Positions 51,506-61,148 of a stretch of DNA of 64,000 nucleotides are shown piece by piece. Source of the DNA: Vicinamibacteria bacterium (GTDB taxonomy: Bacteria > Acidobacteriota > Vicinamibacteria > Marinacidobacterales > Marinacidobacteraceae). The position numbers were made by a program, and so were the translations under genes. The notes under the pieces are model-generated. The model saw only the letters and a program-made list of their open reading frames with translations, did not search any database and was not told the DNA's origin. The stretch lies in contig CAXXLQ010000004.1 in assembly GCA_963668695.2 (NCBI GenBank), forward strand, positions 3,520,001 through 3,584,000, read 5' to 3'. Every line of letters starts with the position of its first letter. Within the stretch, counting starts at the first letter, position 1.

Positions 51506-52780
51506 TTGAAGAAGATCCTGATCGCCCTCGCGCTCGCGGCCGGCGCGCTCACGGTGGTCCTGCTGAGCGTGGAATCCCCCGACACCCGGATCCGGGTCGA
51601 GGCGCAGACCGTCTCCCCGCGGGACTTCCTCGCCACCGTGGAAGCCTCCGGGGTGGTTCGCCCCGAGGAGAGCGTGGACATCTCGGCCGAGGTGGTCGGC
51701 CGGCTGCTGGCGATCCGCGTCCGCCCGGGCGATCCGGTCGCTCCCGGGCAGATCGTCGCGCTCATTGACGACGCCATCCAGCGCCCCATCGTGGAAGAGC
51801 AACGGGCCGGATTGCGGGAGGCCGAGGCCATCCTCGCCGACGCCGAGGTGGCCGAGGAGGACGCCGGGCGGGAGCGCGAACGCGCCGGCTCGCTCCACGC
51901 CGAAGGAGTGGTCAGCGCCCGGGCGGTCGAGGAAGCGCAGGTCGCATTGGAACGCGCCGGCATTGCATCCGACCGCGCCCGTCAGAACATCGAGCGCGCC
52001 CGCTCCGCGCTCCGCCGCACCGAGGAAAACCTGGCGAAGACGGTGGTCCGGTCGCCCATGCAGGGCATCGTCCTGGCGGTCGAACTGGAGGAGGGCGAAC
52101 TGGTGGTGGCGAGCAGCCAGAATCTGCCCGGCTCCCGGATCATGACCCTCGGGACCGACGCCGAGTTGATTGTCGAGGCGGACATCCCCGAGGTGGATGT
52201 GGTGAGCGTCGAGTTGGGGCAGCCGGTGGAGATCACGCTCAGCGCTCTCCGCGGGGCGACGCTCTCCGGTGAGGTGATCGAGATCCAGCGGGTGGGTCGG
52301 CGGGATGAGACCTCGCGGCTCGGCGCCGCCGGCCAGGGGGCCGAGTTCCTCGCCAAGATCCGCGTCCATGATCCGCCGCCGGCCGTCCGCCCCTCGATGA
52401 GCGCCCAGGTCCGGATCGAGACCGAACGGCGCGCCGACGCGCTCGCGGTCCCGATCGGGGCGCTGCTGCGGCGCTTTCCGGAGGGCGCCGGCAGCGGGAG
52501 TCTCTCCGTGTCGCTCGGCGGCGGGGAAGGCGCCAATGTCTCCGGCCAGACGACGTCCCGCGCGCCTGGCTGGCAGGTGGCCTTCGTGATCGAGGACGAC
52601 CGGGTGGCCGAACGGCGGGTCACGACCGGCCTCTCCGACCTGCTCGAGGTCGAAATCACCGCCGGTCTCACCGCCGGGGATGTGGTGGTGGTGGGACCGC
52701 CCTTGATCCTGCGCGAACTGTCGGACGGCGACGAGGTGATCGTCGAGGCCGAGGACGGCGACCCCGACCCGGATCGGTGA
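51506..52780 (+). CDS. Efflux periplasmic adaptor (MacA-like)
   Basis: ASG.V.P...V.IS.EV.G, coiled coil, SP..G.V, GL..GD.VV.G. TTG start. Confidence 0.9.
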   Translation: MKKILIALALAAGALTVVLLSVESPDTRIRVEAQTVSPRDFLATVEASGVVRPEESVDISAEVVGRLLAIRVRPGDPVAPGQIVALIDDAIQRPIVEEQRAGLREAEAILADAEVAEEDAGRERERAGSLHAEGVVSARAVEEAQVALERAGIASDRARQNIERARSALRRTEENLAKTVVRSPMQGIVLAVELEEGELVVASSQNLPGSRIMTLGTDAELIVEADIPEVDVVSVELGQPVEITLSALRGATLSGEVIEIQRVGRRDETSRLGAAGQGAEFLAKIRVHDPPPAVRPSMSAQVRIETERRADALAVPIGALLRRFPEGAGSGSLSVSLGGGEGANVSGQTTSRAPGWQVAFVIEDDRVAERRVTTGLSDLLEVEITAGLTAGDVVVVGPPLILRELSDGDEVIVEAEDGDPDPDR

Positions 52781-54015
52781 TCCGCGAAAACCTGCGGATG
52801 GGGGTTTCCTCCATCCGCCGCAATCCGCTGCGCTCCACGCTCAGCACCCTCGGCGTCGCCATCGGTATCGCTTCGGTGGTCGCGGTGGCCTCGGTCGCGG
52901 ACGGGCTCACCCAGACCGTCACCGCCGAGTTCGGGGACGTGGGCGGCGGGTACATCGCCGTGTTCTGGTCTGCGCCGCGCGACGACATCGTGCGGCGCCG
53001 GGCGTTCTTGTCGCTCGCCGACGGCGAAGCGGCGTTTCGCGGATCCCCCGCCGTCGATGCCTTCGACCCGGTGCTCTCGTTCCGCCCGGAGGTGCGTCTT
53101 TACGACGAAGCGATGGGACTCGACGCGAAGGGCGTCGGCCCGCTGCACCTCGAGGTCGCCGGGAAGACGCTTGCGCGCGGCCGCTTCCTGACCGAGGAGG
53201 ACATGCAGCGGCAGACCCGCGCCGCGGTCGTGGGCGCCGAGGTCTGGAGTGAACTCGCGCGGGAACTCGGGGGCGGTTTCGGCGGGACCAACAACCCGAT
53301 CGGCGAGCGACTCCTGGTTGACGGGGTCCTGTTCACCATCGTGGGAGTGCTCGAAGCGAAAGAGCGGGGTGTTCTCTCGTCCGGAGACCCGAACCAAATG
53401 CTGCTGATCCCGGTAACCACCGCCCAGTACCGCTTCGGAGAGGGCCCGGCCACCCCGCTGCAGCTCGGCTTCCGCGCCCGCTCGCTCGAGCAGGTCGAGC
53501 TTGCCGAGGAGCAGATCCGCGAGGCTCTCCGGCGGGCCCGCGACCTGCCGGACAATGCCGAGGACGACTTCCAGATCCTCTCGCTCGACGCGCTCCTGAG
53601 TTCGTTCCGCGGCATCCTGTTCGGCGTGGTGGCGGTGGGCCTCGCGCTCGCCGCGATCAGCCTTCTCGCCGGAGGAGTCGGCGTGATGAACGTGATGCTG
53701 GTCGTGGTTCGCGAACGGGGGCGGGAGATCGGCATCCGCAAGGCGATCGGCGCCGGCCACTCCCAGGTCGTCACCCAATTCCTCATCGAGGCGGTGCTGC
53801 TTTCCCTTGCCGGCGGCTTCCTCGGCGCCGGAGTCGGGGCCGGTCTCCGGCTGCTCGCGCCGGCGTTTTGGCCCGCACTCCCGGTCGGCCCGCCACCGCT
53901 CGTCGCATTCGGAGTGGCGTTCGCGTTCTCGGTCTCGGTGGGTGTGGTCTTCGGCATCTATCCGGCGGTGGTCGCCGCGCGCCGCGAGCCCTGGGAAGCG
54001 CTCCGCTCCGAGTAG
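52777..54015 (+). CDS. MacB/FtsX-like ABC transporter permease
   Basis: RS.L..LG..IGI.SVV, GG.GVMN.ML..V.ER..EIGIRKA.GA, QFL.EA, ALR.E. Confidence 0.93.
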   Translation: MIRENLRMGVSSIRRNPLRSTLSTLGVAIGIASVVAVASVADGLTQTVTAEFGDVGGGYIAVFWSAPRDDIVRRRAFLSLADGEAAFRGSPAVDAFDPVLSFRPEVRLYDEAMGLDAKGVGPLHLEVAGKTLARGRFLTEEDMQRQTRAAVVGAEVWSELARELGGGFGGTNNPIGERLLVDGVLFTIVGVLEAKERGVLSSGDPNQMLLIPVTTAQYRFGEGPATPLQLGFRARSLEQVELAEEQIREALRRARDLPDNAEDDFQILSLDALLSSFRGILFGVVAVGLALAAISLLAGGVGVMNVMLVVVRERGREIGIRKAIGAGHSQVVTQFLIEAVLLSLAGGFLGAGVGAGLRLLAPAFWPALPVGPPPLVAFGVAFAFSVSVGVVFGIYPAVVAARREPWEALRSE

Positions 54016-54104
54016 GACGAGGCGCGTCCGTGCCTGGATCGCGAGCGATCCGCCACGCACCTGGCGCTGCCGATTCCGAACGACGTATGGTGTATCGCAG
54101 GTCT

Positions 54105-54314
54105 ATGTCACGCACCAACGTGGATATCGACGACGATGCCTGCGCCGCCGTCATGCGCCGCTATCGGCTGACTTCCAAGCGCGAAGCCGTCAACCTGGCG
54201 TTGCGCCTCCTCGCCGCCGAGCCCCTCCGCCTTGACGAGGCCCGGCGTCTTCGCGGATCGGGCTGGGTGGGCGATCTGGAAGAGATGCGCCGTCGTCGTG
54301 AGACGTGGTCCTGA
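54105..54314 (+). CDS. VapB antitoxin
   Basis: MSRTNVDIDD......MRRY.L.SKREAVN.ALR, GW.GDL. Confidence 0.88.
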   Translation: MSRTNVDIDDDACAAVMRRYRLTSKREAVNLALRLLAAEPLRLDEARRLRGSGWVGDLEEMRRRRETWS

Positions 54315-54689
54315 TGGATACGTCCGCCTGGGTGGAGTTCCTCCACGACACGGGCTCGACCGTGTGCAGGCGCGTTGACGAATTGCTGGACGCCGAAATC
54401 GCGGTGCGCGACGCAATCCGCATGGAGGTGCTGGCCGGCGCGCGAGACGAACTCCATCCAGGCGCTGCGCCGCCTCCTGGCGCGGGCGACCGTGCTGCCC
54501 ACGGACCCCGCGCACTTCGAGGAGGCGGCTGCCCTGTTCCGTCGCTGCCGCCGGCAAGGGGAGACGGTGCGCCGGCTGATCGACTGTCTGATCGCCGCCG
54601 TCGCGATCCGCTCCGGGGCGCCTATCCTCCATCGCGACGGCGACTTTGACGTCCTGGCGCGCCACCCGGAACTCGAAGTCGCCCGCTGA
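54305..54689 (+). pseudogene. VapC PIN toxin, frameshifted
   Basis: DTSAWVEFL...EVLAGARDE in one frame, LRRLL...DCLIAAVA...LH.D.DF in another. Shift near 54455. Confidence 0.85.
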
Positions 54690-54746
54690 GGCGGCCCAGG
54701 GAGCCGCTACCCGCCGGCACGGCTCCCCGGCGCGGCTCCTCCGGTA

Positions 54747-55463
54747 ATGACTTCCACCGGCTTCCAGACCTTCGCCGCGCCCCATCTGGTGGCGTTGGCG
54801 CTCACCCTGGCGCTTCCGGCGTTGCTGGCGGTTATCGCGCGGCGGCTCTCCGGGGCAGCGCCGAACGTCATCGCCTGGCTCCTTGCCGGGATGCTCCTCA
54901 CGAACGAGTTCACTTACTGGGCGATCCGGATCGGGGCGATCGGACTCGATGGCTGGGTGCGGAACCATATGCCGCTGCACGTCTGCGGGGTGGCGGTGCT
55001 GCTGACGTCGGCGACGCTTCTCTTGCGCAGTCCGAAGACCTACGAGATCGTCTACTTCTGGGGTCTCGTGGGCTCGGCGAACGCCGTCATCACCCCCGGC
55101 GGGCTCGCGGTGGACTTCCCCGAGTACCGCTTCTTCCAATACTTCATCGCCCATTCGGGCATCGTGGTGGGGGTGCTGTTCGCCACCTGGGGTCTCGGAA
55201 TGCGTCCGACCCTCCGCGGGATGTTCCGCGCCTTCGCCTATCTGGCCGTCTTCGCCGCGTTCGTGGGCGCGGTGAACCTTCTGCTGGGCGCGAACTTCAT
55301 GTGGCTTTCGGGGCCTCCCCCCGACACCGTGTCTCCCTTCTTCATGGCGCCCTGGCCGTGGTATCTGCCGATCCTGGCGGTGGCCGGACTCGCCATGTTC
55401 TTCGTGGTTCTATCCCCCTTCCTGGTGAGCGAGTGGTGGAGGAACCGCGGCGCAAGCGCCTGA
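54747..55463 (+). CDS. TIGR02206/YwaF-like integral membrane protein
   Basis: PLH.C, YFWG..G, F..YF..H, N.M.L, PWP.Y. Confidence 0.85.
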   Translation: MTSTGFQTFAAPHLVALALTLALPALLAVIARRLSGAAPNVIAWLLAGMLLTNEFTYWAIRIGAIGLDGWVRNHMPLHVCGVAVLLTSATLLLRSPKTYEIVYFWGLVGSANAVITPGGLAVDFPEYRFFQYFIAHSGIVVGVLFATWGLGMRPTLRGMFRAFAYLAVFAAFVGAVNLLLGANFMWLSGPPPDTVSPFFMAPWPWYLPILAVAGLAMFFVVLSPFLVSEWWRNRGASA

Positions 55464-55500
55464 GGGGGCGGGAGGGCGCCTCCGGTCGGGAGCCCGAGCG

Positions 55501-55887
55501 TCAGGCAGCGGCGATGTCGGTCCGGGCGAAGTCGTCGCCCTTGAAGAGGAGCGGTTCCCGCGAGACCTCGGCGAGGGCGTAGGCGAAACAGTCTCCGAAG
55601 TTGAGGGCGGCGGGGTGATTCCCCCTGCCGAAGCGTCGCCACGCGTACCGCGCCGACGCAAGTTGCTCGAGGGTAACCGGCACCACATCAACGCCCAGCC
55701 GCTCCAGAAACCGGTCCAATTCCAATCCCGCCGTCGGACCGCCCCTGCCCTCCACCACCATGGTCACTTCAAGCATGTTCGCCGCCGACATCCGACAGCT
55801 CGAGGCGGTGAGCATCCTGGCTTCGTAGCGTCCAGCATCCGGTTCCCGGTTCAGGACTGCCAGCAGGGCGGAGCTGTCCACGATCAC
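55501..55887 (-). CDS. VapC PIN toxin
   Basis: IVDSSALLA.L..EP, FG.G.HPA.LNFGDCFAYALA, LLFKG.DF..TDI. Confidence 0.95.
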   Translation of the reverse strand: MIVDSSALLAVLNREPDAGRYEARMLTASSCRMSAANMLEVTMVVEGRGGPTAGLELDRFLERLGVDVVPVTLEQLASARYAWRRFGRGNHPAALNFGDCFAYALAEVSREPLLFKGDDFARTDIAAA

Positions 55888-56141
55888 TTGGGCAGACCCC
55901 GCTCGTCGTAGAGCAGATCGCCGTGCTCCACGGCAGATGGGCCGGGTCCCATCAGCTTGGCGCACCGCTCTGCGATCGCGCGGAGCTCCCTGAGACGCTC
56001 ATCAACATTGAGTTCGCGCCTCCTCCGACCAAGACGCTCCCTGAGTGCAACCGTGATCGCGCCGGTCATGCTCTCCCCGGTCAACCGCGCGAGTTCGCGG
56101 GCGAGCCGGCAGGTTTCCTCGTTCTTGATGTTCAGACCCAT
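55884..56141 (-). CDS. VapB antitoxin (Rv0623-like)
   Basis: LNIKN.E..RLA.ELA..TGE..T.AI..AL.ERL, LYDE.GLP. Confidence 0.93.
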   Translation of the reverse strand: MGLNIKNEETCRLARELARLTGESMTGAITVALRERLGRRRRELNVDERLRELRAIAERCAKLMGPGPSAVEHGDLLYDERGLPK

Positions 56142-56380
56142 GGCGCCTCCGGAAGGGGTAGAAGGAACTATACGCTGTCTACCCTGACAGAGGCCAACTC
56201 CCCGCTCGGATCCCGATTCCCGGCGGACAGCGAGAAGAAGCTTTCTTCAGCCCGAGTCACGATCTCCTTGCGGAACTGAACGACGCGCAGCCACGGGATG
56301 CCCCTGCCCCGCGGGATGTCCCTGCCCCGCCGCTGTCGGCGGCTTCTATTGTTGGCTGGAGTCTTGGCTGGAGCGGTCAA

Positions 56381-56575
56381 CAGCCGGTGGTGGAACCCGG
56401 GTGAGCGCCGAGAGCGGCGAGGCCCAGTTCTCCCGGTGGGGGTCCGGCTGACAAGGCGCGTGAGGGAGGAATACCGAGCGTATTTCGACCCAAACGCAAC
56501 GCCGAGCGCCGCAAAGCGACGCGGTTCAGACGGGATGGATCGCCGCTCGAACGCCGCTTGGGTTTCACCAGGCTG
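56381..56575 (+). mobile_element. MITE-like element copy
   Basis: CAGCCGGTGGTGGAACCC...GGGTTTCACCAGGCTG, abutting the TAA stop of the M28 gene. Confidence 0.9.
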
Positions 56576-58189
56576 TTAAGGGCGATCGGCTTGGCGGGCG
56601 GCGCGGAACTCGCTGGTCTCGCTCCATTCGGGCCACCCGTCGGAGTCGGCGAGGCCGCGGCCCATCCGGTAGAGGAATTCCAGGTCGTCCACCATCCCCG
56701 AGAGGTCGTACCAGTCCTCCACCTCGTCGCCGGGTTTGTGGTACGCCTCGGCGACGTAGGTGGCACGGACCTCCATGCCGAACCCTTCGGGCTTGCCGAT
56801 GAAGTCCACCCCGCCGTCGGGATAGAACGCCGGGATGCCGACCTTCGCGAATTCGAAGTGGTCGGAACGGTAGTAGTAGCCGTTTTCGGGTTCCGGGTCC
56901 GGGCGCAGCTCGCGGCCGAGCTCGGCGGCGGCCGCCCCGGCGATGTCATCGAGTTCGGACTGGCCGAGGCCTACGACGGTGATGTCGGTCGTGCGTCCCC
57001 ACACGTTCAGGCCGTCCATGTTGAGCGCCGCCACCGTCTCGGCCGCCGGATAGAGCGGGTTCTGGGCATAGTGGCGCGAGCCGAGCAGTCCCTGCTCCTC
57101 CGCGGTAACGGCCAGGAACAACACGCTGCGGCGGAGAGGCCCCTCGGCCGCGAACGCCTCGGCAAGCCCCAGCAGTCCCGCCGTACCGGTCGCATTGTCG
57201 AAGGCCCCGTTGAAGATGTTGTCGCCCTCCATCCCCACCGCAGTGCCGAGGTGATCCCAGTGCGCGGTGTAGATGACCGTCTCGCCGGGCGCTTCGGTTC
57301 CGGGAAGGCGCGCCACCACGTTGTTCGAGTCGATCTCGCGGTGCGAGGTTTCGAGCGCGAAGCTCACGGGAATACCGAGCGGCATGGGCGTGAACTCCGG
57401 GGCAGTAGCCGCCCCGCGAGCTTCCTCGAAGTCCATTCCCGCGGCGCTGAAGAGCGCGACCGCCTGCTCCCGGGAGATCCATCCCTCGACCTCGAGGCGG
57501 TCCATGTTCCCGCCGGGGGTGCGCAGGTCGAACTGCTCCCCGGTCCACGAGCCGCTCACCACTTCCCACGGATATCCGGCGGGACCCGTCTCATGGACGA
57601 TCAGCGCTCCGAGCGCTCCCATCGCGGCGGCCTTTTCGAATTTGTAGGTCCAGCGGCCGTAGTAGGTCATGGCGTCGCCGCCGAAGTGGTGTTCTCCGGG
57701 CGGGTCGTTCACCAGCACCACCAGGATCTTGCCCGTGAGGTCGGCATCTCCGAAGTCGTCCCAGCCGTACTCCGGCGCCTGGACGCCATAGCCGACGAAG
57801 AGCAACTCTCCGGACGCCCCCACCTCGGAGACCACCCGCTTGGTCCAGGCCACGAAGTCCACTCCCGCCTCCCAGTCGCCGCCCGGGTCCGAGGAGGCCG
57901 CCATGGTGATGGCGGTGGAGCCCACGAGGGGTACTGCCTGAACCCAGGTCCCGTCCGGATTCCCGGGCTCGAGTCCGAGTTGCTCGAACACCCCGCTCAG
58001 GTAGGCAACGGTCTTCTCCTCTCCGGGAGAAGCCGGTCCCCGCCCGCCGAACTCGTCGGAAGCCAGGGTGGAGATGTGCGCCAGGAGACGGTCCTCGGCG
58101 AAGCGCGGCCCGGACTCGCCGCAGCCGGCGAGCGGCAGGACTGCCGTGAAGACGGCGGCGGAAACCACCGGAAACAGGGAACGAAGCAT
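56576..58189 (-). CDS. M28 family aminopeptidase (lipoprotein, PA domain)
   Basis: LAGC lipobox, TYYGRWTYK, AHWDHLG, GA.DNA.G, AEEQGLLGS, N.D, RSDH, YH.P.D. Confidence 0.95.
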   Translation of the reverse strand: MLRSLFPVVSAAVFTAVLPLAGCGESGPRFAEDRLLAHISTLASDEFGGRGPASPGEEKTVAYLSGVFEQLGLEPGNPDGTWVQAVPLVGSTAITMAASSDPGGDWEAGVDFVAWTKRVVSEVGASGELLFVGYGVQAPEYGWDDFGDADLTGKILVVLVNDPPGEHHFGGDAMTYYGRWTYKFEKAAAMGALGALIVHETGPAGYPWEVVSGSWTGEQFDLRTPGGNMDRLEVEGWISREQAVALFSAAGMDFEEARGAATAPEFTPMPLGIPVSFALETSHREIDSNNVVARLPGTEAPGETVIYTAHWDHLGTAVGMEGDNIFNGAFDNATGTAGLLGLAEAFAAEGPLRRSVLFLAVTAEEQGLLGSRHYAQNPLYPAAETVAALNMDGLNVWGRTTDITVVGLGQSELDDIAGAAAAELGRELRPDPEPENGYYYRSDHFEFAKVGIPAFYPDGGVDFIGKPEGFGMEVRATYVAEAYHKPGDEVEDWYDLSGMVDDLEFLYRMGRGLADSDGWPEWSETSEFRAARQADRP

Positions 58190-58307
58190 CGAAGGTTCTC
58201 CTCGGGAAGGGAACAAAGTCTGCCAGAATCTCGTCTTTCTCTGAGGTCCGCGCAGCCGAGCGGATTTTCATCGGTCCGGAGGTTCCTCCGGAAACAGGAG
58301 CCTCTCG

Positions 58308-58796
58308 ATGCCGACTTCCCCTTCCTCCACCTGGGCGCTGGTTCGCACGCCGGTCCTGATCACGCTCGGGGTCACGGCTCTCCGCCTGCTGGGCGCCCTC
58401 GGCGGCCTGCCGGATTTCCTCGTGAACCGTGAGGCCGGCGGTACCGGCGCCATCATCGGGATCGTCTGGCTGGCTCCGATCTTCGCGTTCTGGTTCGGGC
58501 GGCAACACGCCCGGTCGGGAAACACCGGATTCGTTGCGGCGCTCAAGACGAACTTCGTCTACGGAATCGGCGCCCGGATCCCGGTCATCCTCATCATGCT
58601 CTTCGCCACCCTCGGCGACTGGGGCACCCACTACGACGCTTATCCGCCGGACATGGAAGCGACGATGGGCCTCATGGGTCAGTGGTTTTGGGGCGGCGCT
58701 ATCCCCCAGGTCGTCTTCTGGGTCGGCCTCTGGACCACGCTCCTCGGCGGCCTCATCACCTGGCTCACCGCGAAGTTCACCTCCCGGACCGCTTAA
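58308..58796 (+). CDS. Hypothetical 4-TM membrane protein
   Basis: Four hydrophobic helices, AGGAG RBS, GTHYD motif. Confidence 0.75.
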   Translation: MPTSPSSTWALVRTPVLITLGVTALRLLGALGGLPDFLVNREAGGTGAIIGIVWLAPIFAFWFGRQHARSGNTGFVAALKTNFVYGIGARIPVILIMLFATLGDWGTHYDAYPPDMEATMGLMGQWFWGGAIPQVVFWVGLWTTLLGGLITWLTAKFTSRTA

Positions 58797-58802
58797 CAGC
58801 CG

Positions 58803-59457
58803 GTGACTTCCGCGACCCCGGATCTGCGCTATCCCATCGGCAAGTTCACCGTCTCGGGTGCGATCACCGAGGATCAGGTCGGCGCCTGGCTCGCCGACCT
58901 GGTGGCTCTGCCCGGCGACCTACGCCGAACGGTGACCCCGCTGAGCGACCCTCAACTGGACACTCCGTACCGTCCCGGCGGCTGGACCGTTCGGCAGGTC
59001 GTCCATCACCTCCCCGACAGCCACCTAGGCAGCCCGTAGACAAAGTCACGCGGCGTTCGACCGGCGATCCATCCCGGCTGATCGCTGGGCTCTGCGTTCC
59101 GATTCGGTCGGAATACGCCCGGTATTCCTCCCAAATCGCGCCTTGTCAGCCGGGCGCCTCACCGGTCTCGGCGCTCACGTGACTTTGTCCAACGGCTGCT
59201 AAGACGAAGCGCTGGTGGCGGAGCTGCCGGACTACCTGACCGCACCGATCGACAGTTCGCTGGACCTTCTGCGGGCACTGCACGTGCGCTGGGCGGAACT
59301 GGTGCGGAGCCTGAGCTGGGAGCAGCTCCAGCGGACATTCTTGAACCCGGATTCGGGCGAGAACACTCTGGCCCGCACGGTCGGGGTCTACACCTGGCAC
59401 GGGCGGCACCACCTCGCCCAGGTCGAAAGACTGATCGAACGCGAGAACTGGGCCTGA
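58803..59457 (+). pseudogene. YfiT/BstA (DinB-family) bacillithiol transferase, interrupted and internally deleted
   Basis: DLRYPIGKF, LDTPYRPGGWTVRQVVHHLPDSH | element | DEA..AELPD...Y.WHGRHHLA. Confidence 0.9.
59030..59198 (-). mobile_element. MITE-like element copy (reverse, shortened)
   Basis: CAGCCCGTAGACAAAGTCACG...CGTGACTTTGTCCAACGGCTG. Confidence 0.88.
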
Positions 59458-59468
59458 CAGCCCGTTAA

Positions 59469-59689
59469 CAGCCTGTGGTGAAACCCGGAAGGCATCCATT
59501 CGCGGCGCGCAGCGCCGCGGGGGTGGGGTGTGGGGAGGGGTTTTCCCTCCCCACGAAAGACGATGGTGCGAATCGCGCAGCGATTCGCACCATCAACCCG
59601 TGGGGAAAGCGCCCCGCACGCACACAAACCGACGGATTCGCCGCGCGCGACCTCCTGGGGCTCGTGCGGGGTGCTTTCACCACGGGCTG
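59469..59689. mobile_element. Second MITE subfamily: same ends, unrelated interior
   Basis: CAGCCTGTGGTGAAA...TTTCACCACGGGCTG enclosing several hairpins. Lies between convergent stop codons. Confidence 0.8.
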
Positions 59690-60094
59690 TCAGTAGGCCA
59701 CCGACAGCCGGAAACGCGCTCCGGCGCGGACGGCGGCCGCAAGGACCGTCTCCAGTGCGGTGAGTTCCGCGACCAACGTGTGCTCTCCCGGGAAAGCCTC
59801 GGGATCCTTCGTGACCGTCCCGAGCAGCGTCTGCACCAGTCGGAGCCCAACCCGGGAGTCAAACCATCCCGCCGGGGTGACCCCGTCCACGTCGGTGTCG
59901 AAATTGAGGTCCGCAGCGAGGATCTCGGACTCTTCGGGACTCATGCTGACGAACTCGTCGAGGGGCTGAAGACCGGCCTCTTCGGCGGCCTCCGACAGTT
60001 CCCAGCGCGCCTGATTGAGGGCGTGGCCCTCGAAGTTCTCGGGGACCACGCCCTCGACCTCGCGGTCGAGGGTGACCGCTATGCCTACGCCCAA
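59690..60094 (-). CDS. Hypothetical protein
   Basis: Acidic ORF with plausible codon bias. Start uncertain. Confidence 0.65.
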   Translation of the reverse strand: MGVGIAVTLDREVEGVVPENFEGHALNQARWELSEAAEEAGLQPLDEFVSMSPEESEILAADLNFDTDVDGVTPAGWFDSRVGLRLVQTLLGTVTKDPEAFPGEHTLVAELTALETVLAAAVRAGARFRLSVAY

Positions 60095-60107
60095 GGGGTG
60101 CAGCCAG

Positions 60108-61025
60108 TCAGTCGGTGGGCGCGGACCCGGGCTGATAGCGCAACTCGCCGGCCTCGACACGGATCGCGAGTCGGTTTTGCGGCGGCGGGGTCGGACAGGT
60201 AGTGAACTCGTTGAAGCCGCAGGGCGGGTTCACGGCGCGGTTGAAGTCCACGACTACCCGGCCGTTCTCTGCCGGAGGGACTTGCAGAAAACGCGCGGAG
60301 CGATAGGTCTCCAGACCGCTCGTGCCGTCCGAGAGGACAAAGAACAAAACCCCGTTCCTCCTGTTGAACGCCTGCATCCGGATTTCCTGGCCATCCCAGT
60401 CAAAGACCACGTCGCCGTCCGACTCGTAGTTCTCGATGTCTCCGCGGATGTTGATCGCTTCGACGTGTTTCGTCTCCGGATATCGCTCGAAAACGGCGGC
60501 CACCCGGAACTTCGGATCCAGGGGAAACCATTTCCGGCCGGTGAAATTCGTGCGGAGCGAGTTGTCGAGGTCGCGCAGGCGGAGCGCCCGGCGCTCGCCG
60601 CTCGAGTGAAGCCAGAACCTCGTTCTGTCGTCGAGGTGCAGGGCACCGTCCTCGCCCAGTTCGAGTTCGCCCTCGGTGAAGGGTTCGCCGCCCACCGTGG
60701 CGCCCATTCCTTCGGCAACCCGGGCGAACGCCTTGCCGTCCGCCGACCAGGAAACGGTGACCGCCAGCTCCGGGAACCGGTCCGGAACGCGAAGATCGGC
60801 ATCCTCGCCGCTCCCGACGGTGTGTTCACCGACCGTCAGGAAGTGGAGCCCGGCTACGGTCAGCCAATTTCTGTCGGAGGTGAGCGTCTCCTCCACCCGT
60901 TGCCGGTAGGCCTCCTCGCCTTCCCGCCAGGCTGCTTCGTCGAAGGGCGCGCCTTCGCCGGTACACCCGGTGCTCGCGAGGATGAGGGTTGCGAGCAGGA
61001 GACCGGAGCCAAGGAGAGTACGCAT
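60108..61025 (-). CDS. DUF1684 domain lipoprotein
   Basis: WL.V.GL..L, F....D.TSG.ETY...RFL, DFN.A.NPPC.F..F.TCP.PP.QNRL....EAGE. Confidence 0.92.
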   Translation of the reverse strand: MRTLLGSGLLLATLILASTGCTGEGAPFDEAAWREGEEAYRQRVEETLTSDRNWLTVAGLHFLTVGEHTVGSGEDADLRVPDRFPELAVTVSWSADGKAFARVAEGMGATVGGEPFTEGELELGEDGALHLDDRTRFWLHSSGERRALRLRDLDNSLRTNFTGRKWFPLDPKFRVAAVFERYPETKHVEAINIRGDIENYESDGDVVFDWDGQEIRMQAFNRRNGVLFFVLSDGTSGLETYRSARFLQVPPAENGRVVVDFNRAVNPPCGFNEFTTCPTPPPQNRLAIRVEAGELRYQPGSAPTD

Positions 61026-61148
61026 GGGGGCATTGTAAGTTCGCCGCCGCCCCGAAACGAATGACCGGCGGGGACAACTGGGAGAACACCGTGTGTCGCT
61101 TCGCAGATCCCGATGCGGCCGAGCCGACCAGCGCGAGACGGTGTGCTG

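Noticed and set aside
51480-51510. 14-bp duplication GAAGCGAATCCCTT at the macA-like start
   Set aside because: Only two copies; simple slippage with no evident function.
56168-56380. 70-aa ORF next to the MITE
   Set aside because: Contains short local duplications and no recognisable motif; cannot be supported as a gene.
11143-57600. Many long antisense or alternative-frame ORFs in the track (e.g. 15570-17930, 23118-25283, 48436-50250, 51982-54060)
   Set aside because: Shadow ORFs of high-GC genes with Arg/Pro/Gly-rich composition and no motifs.
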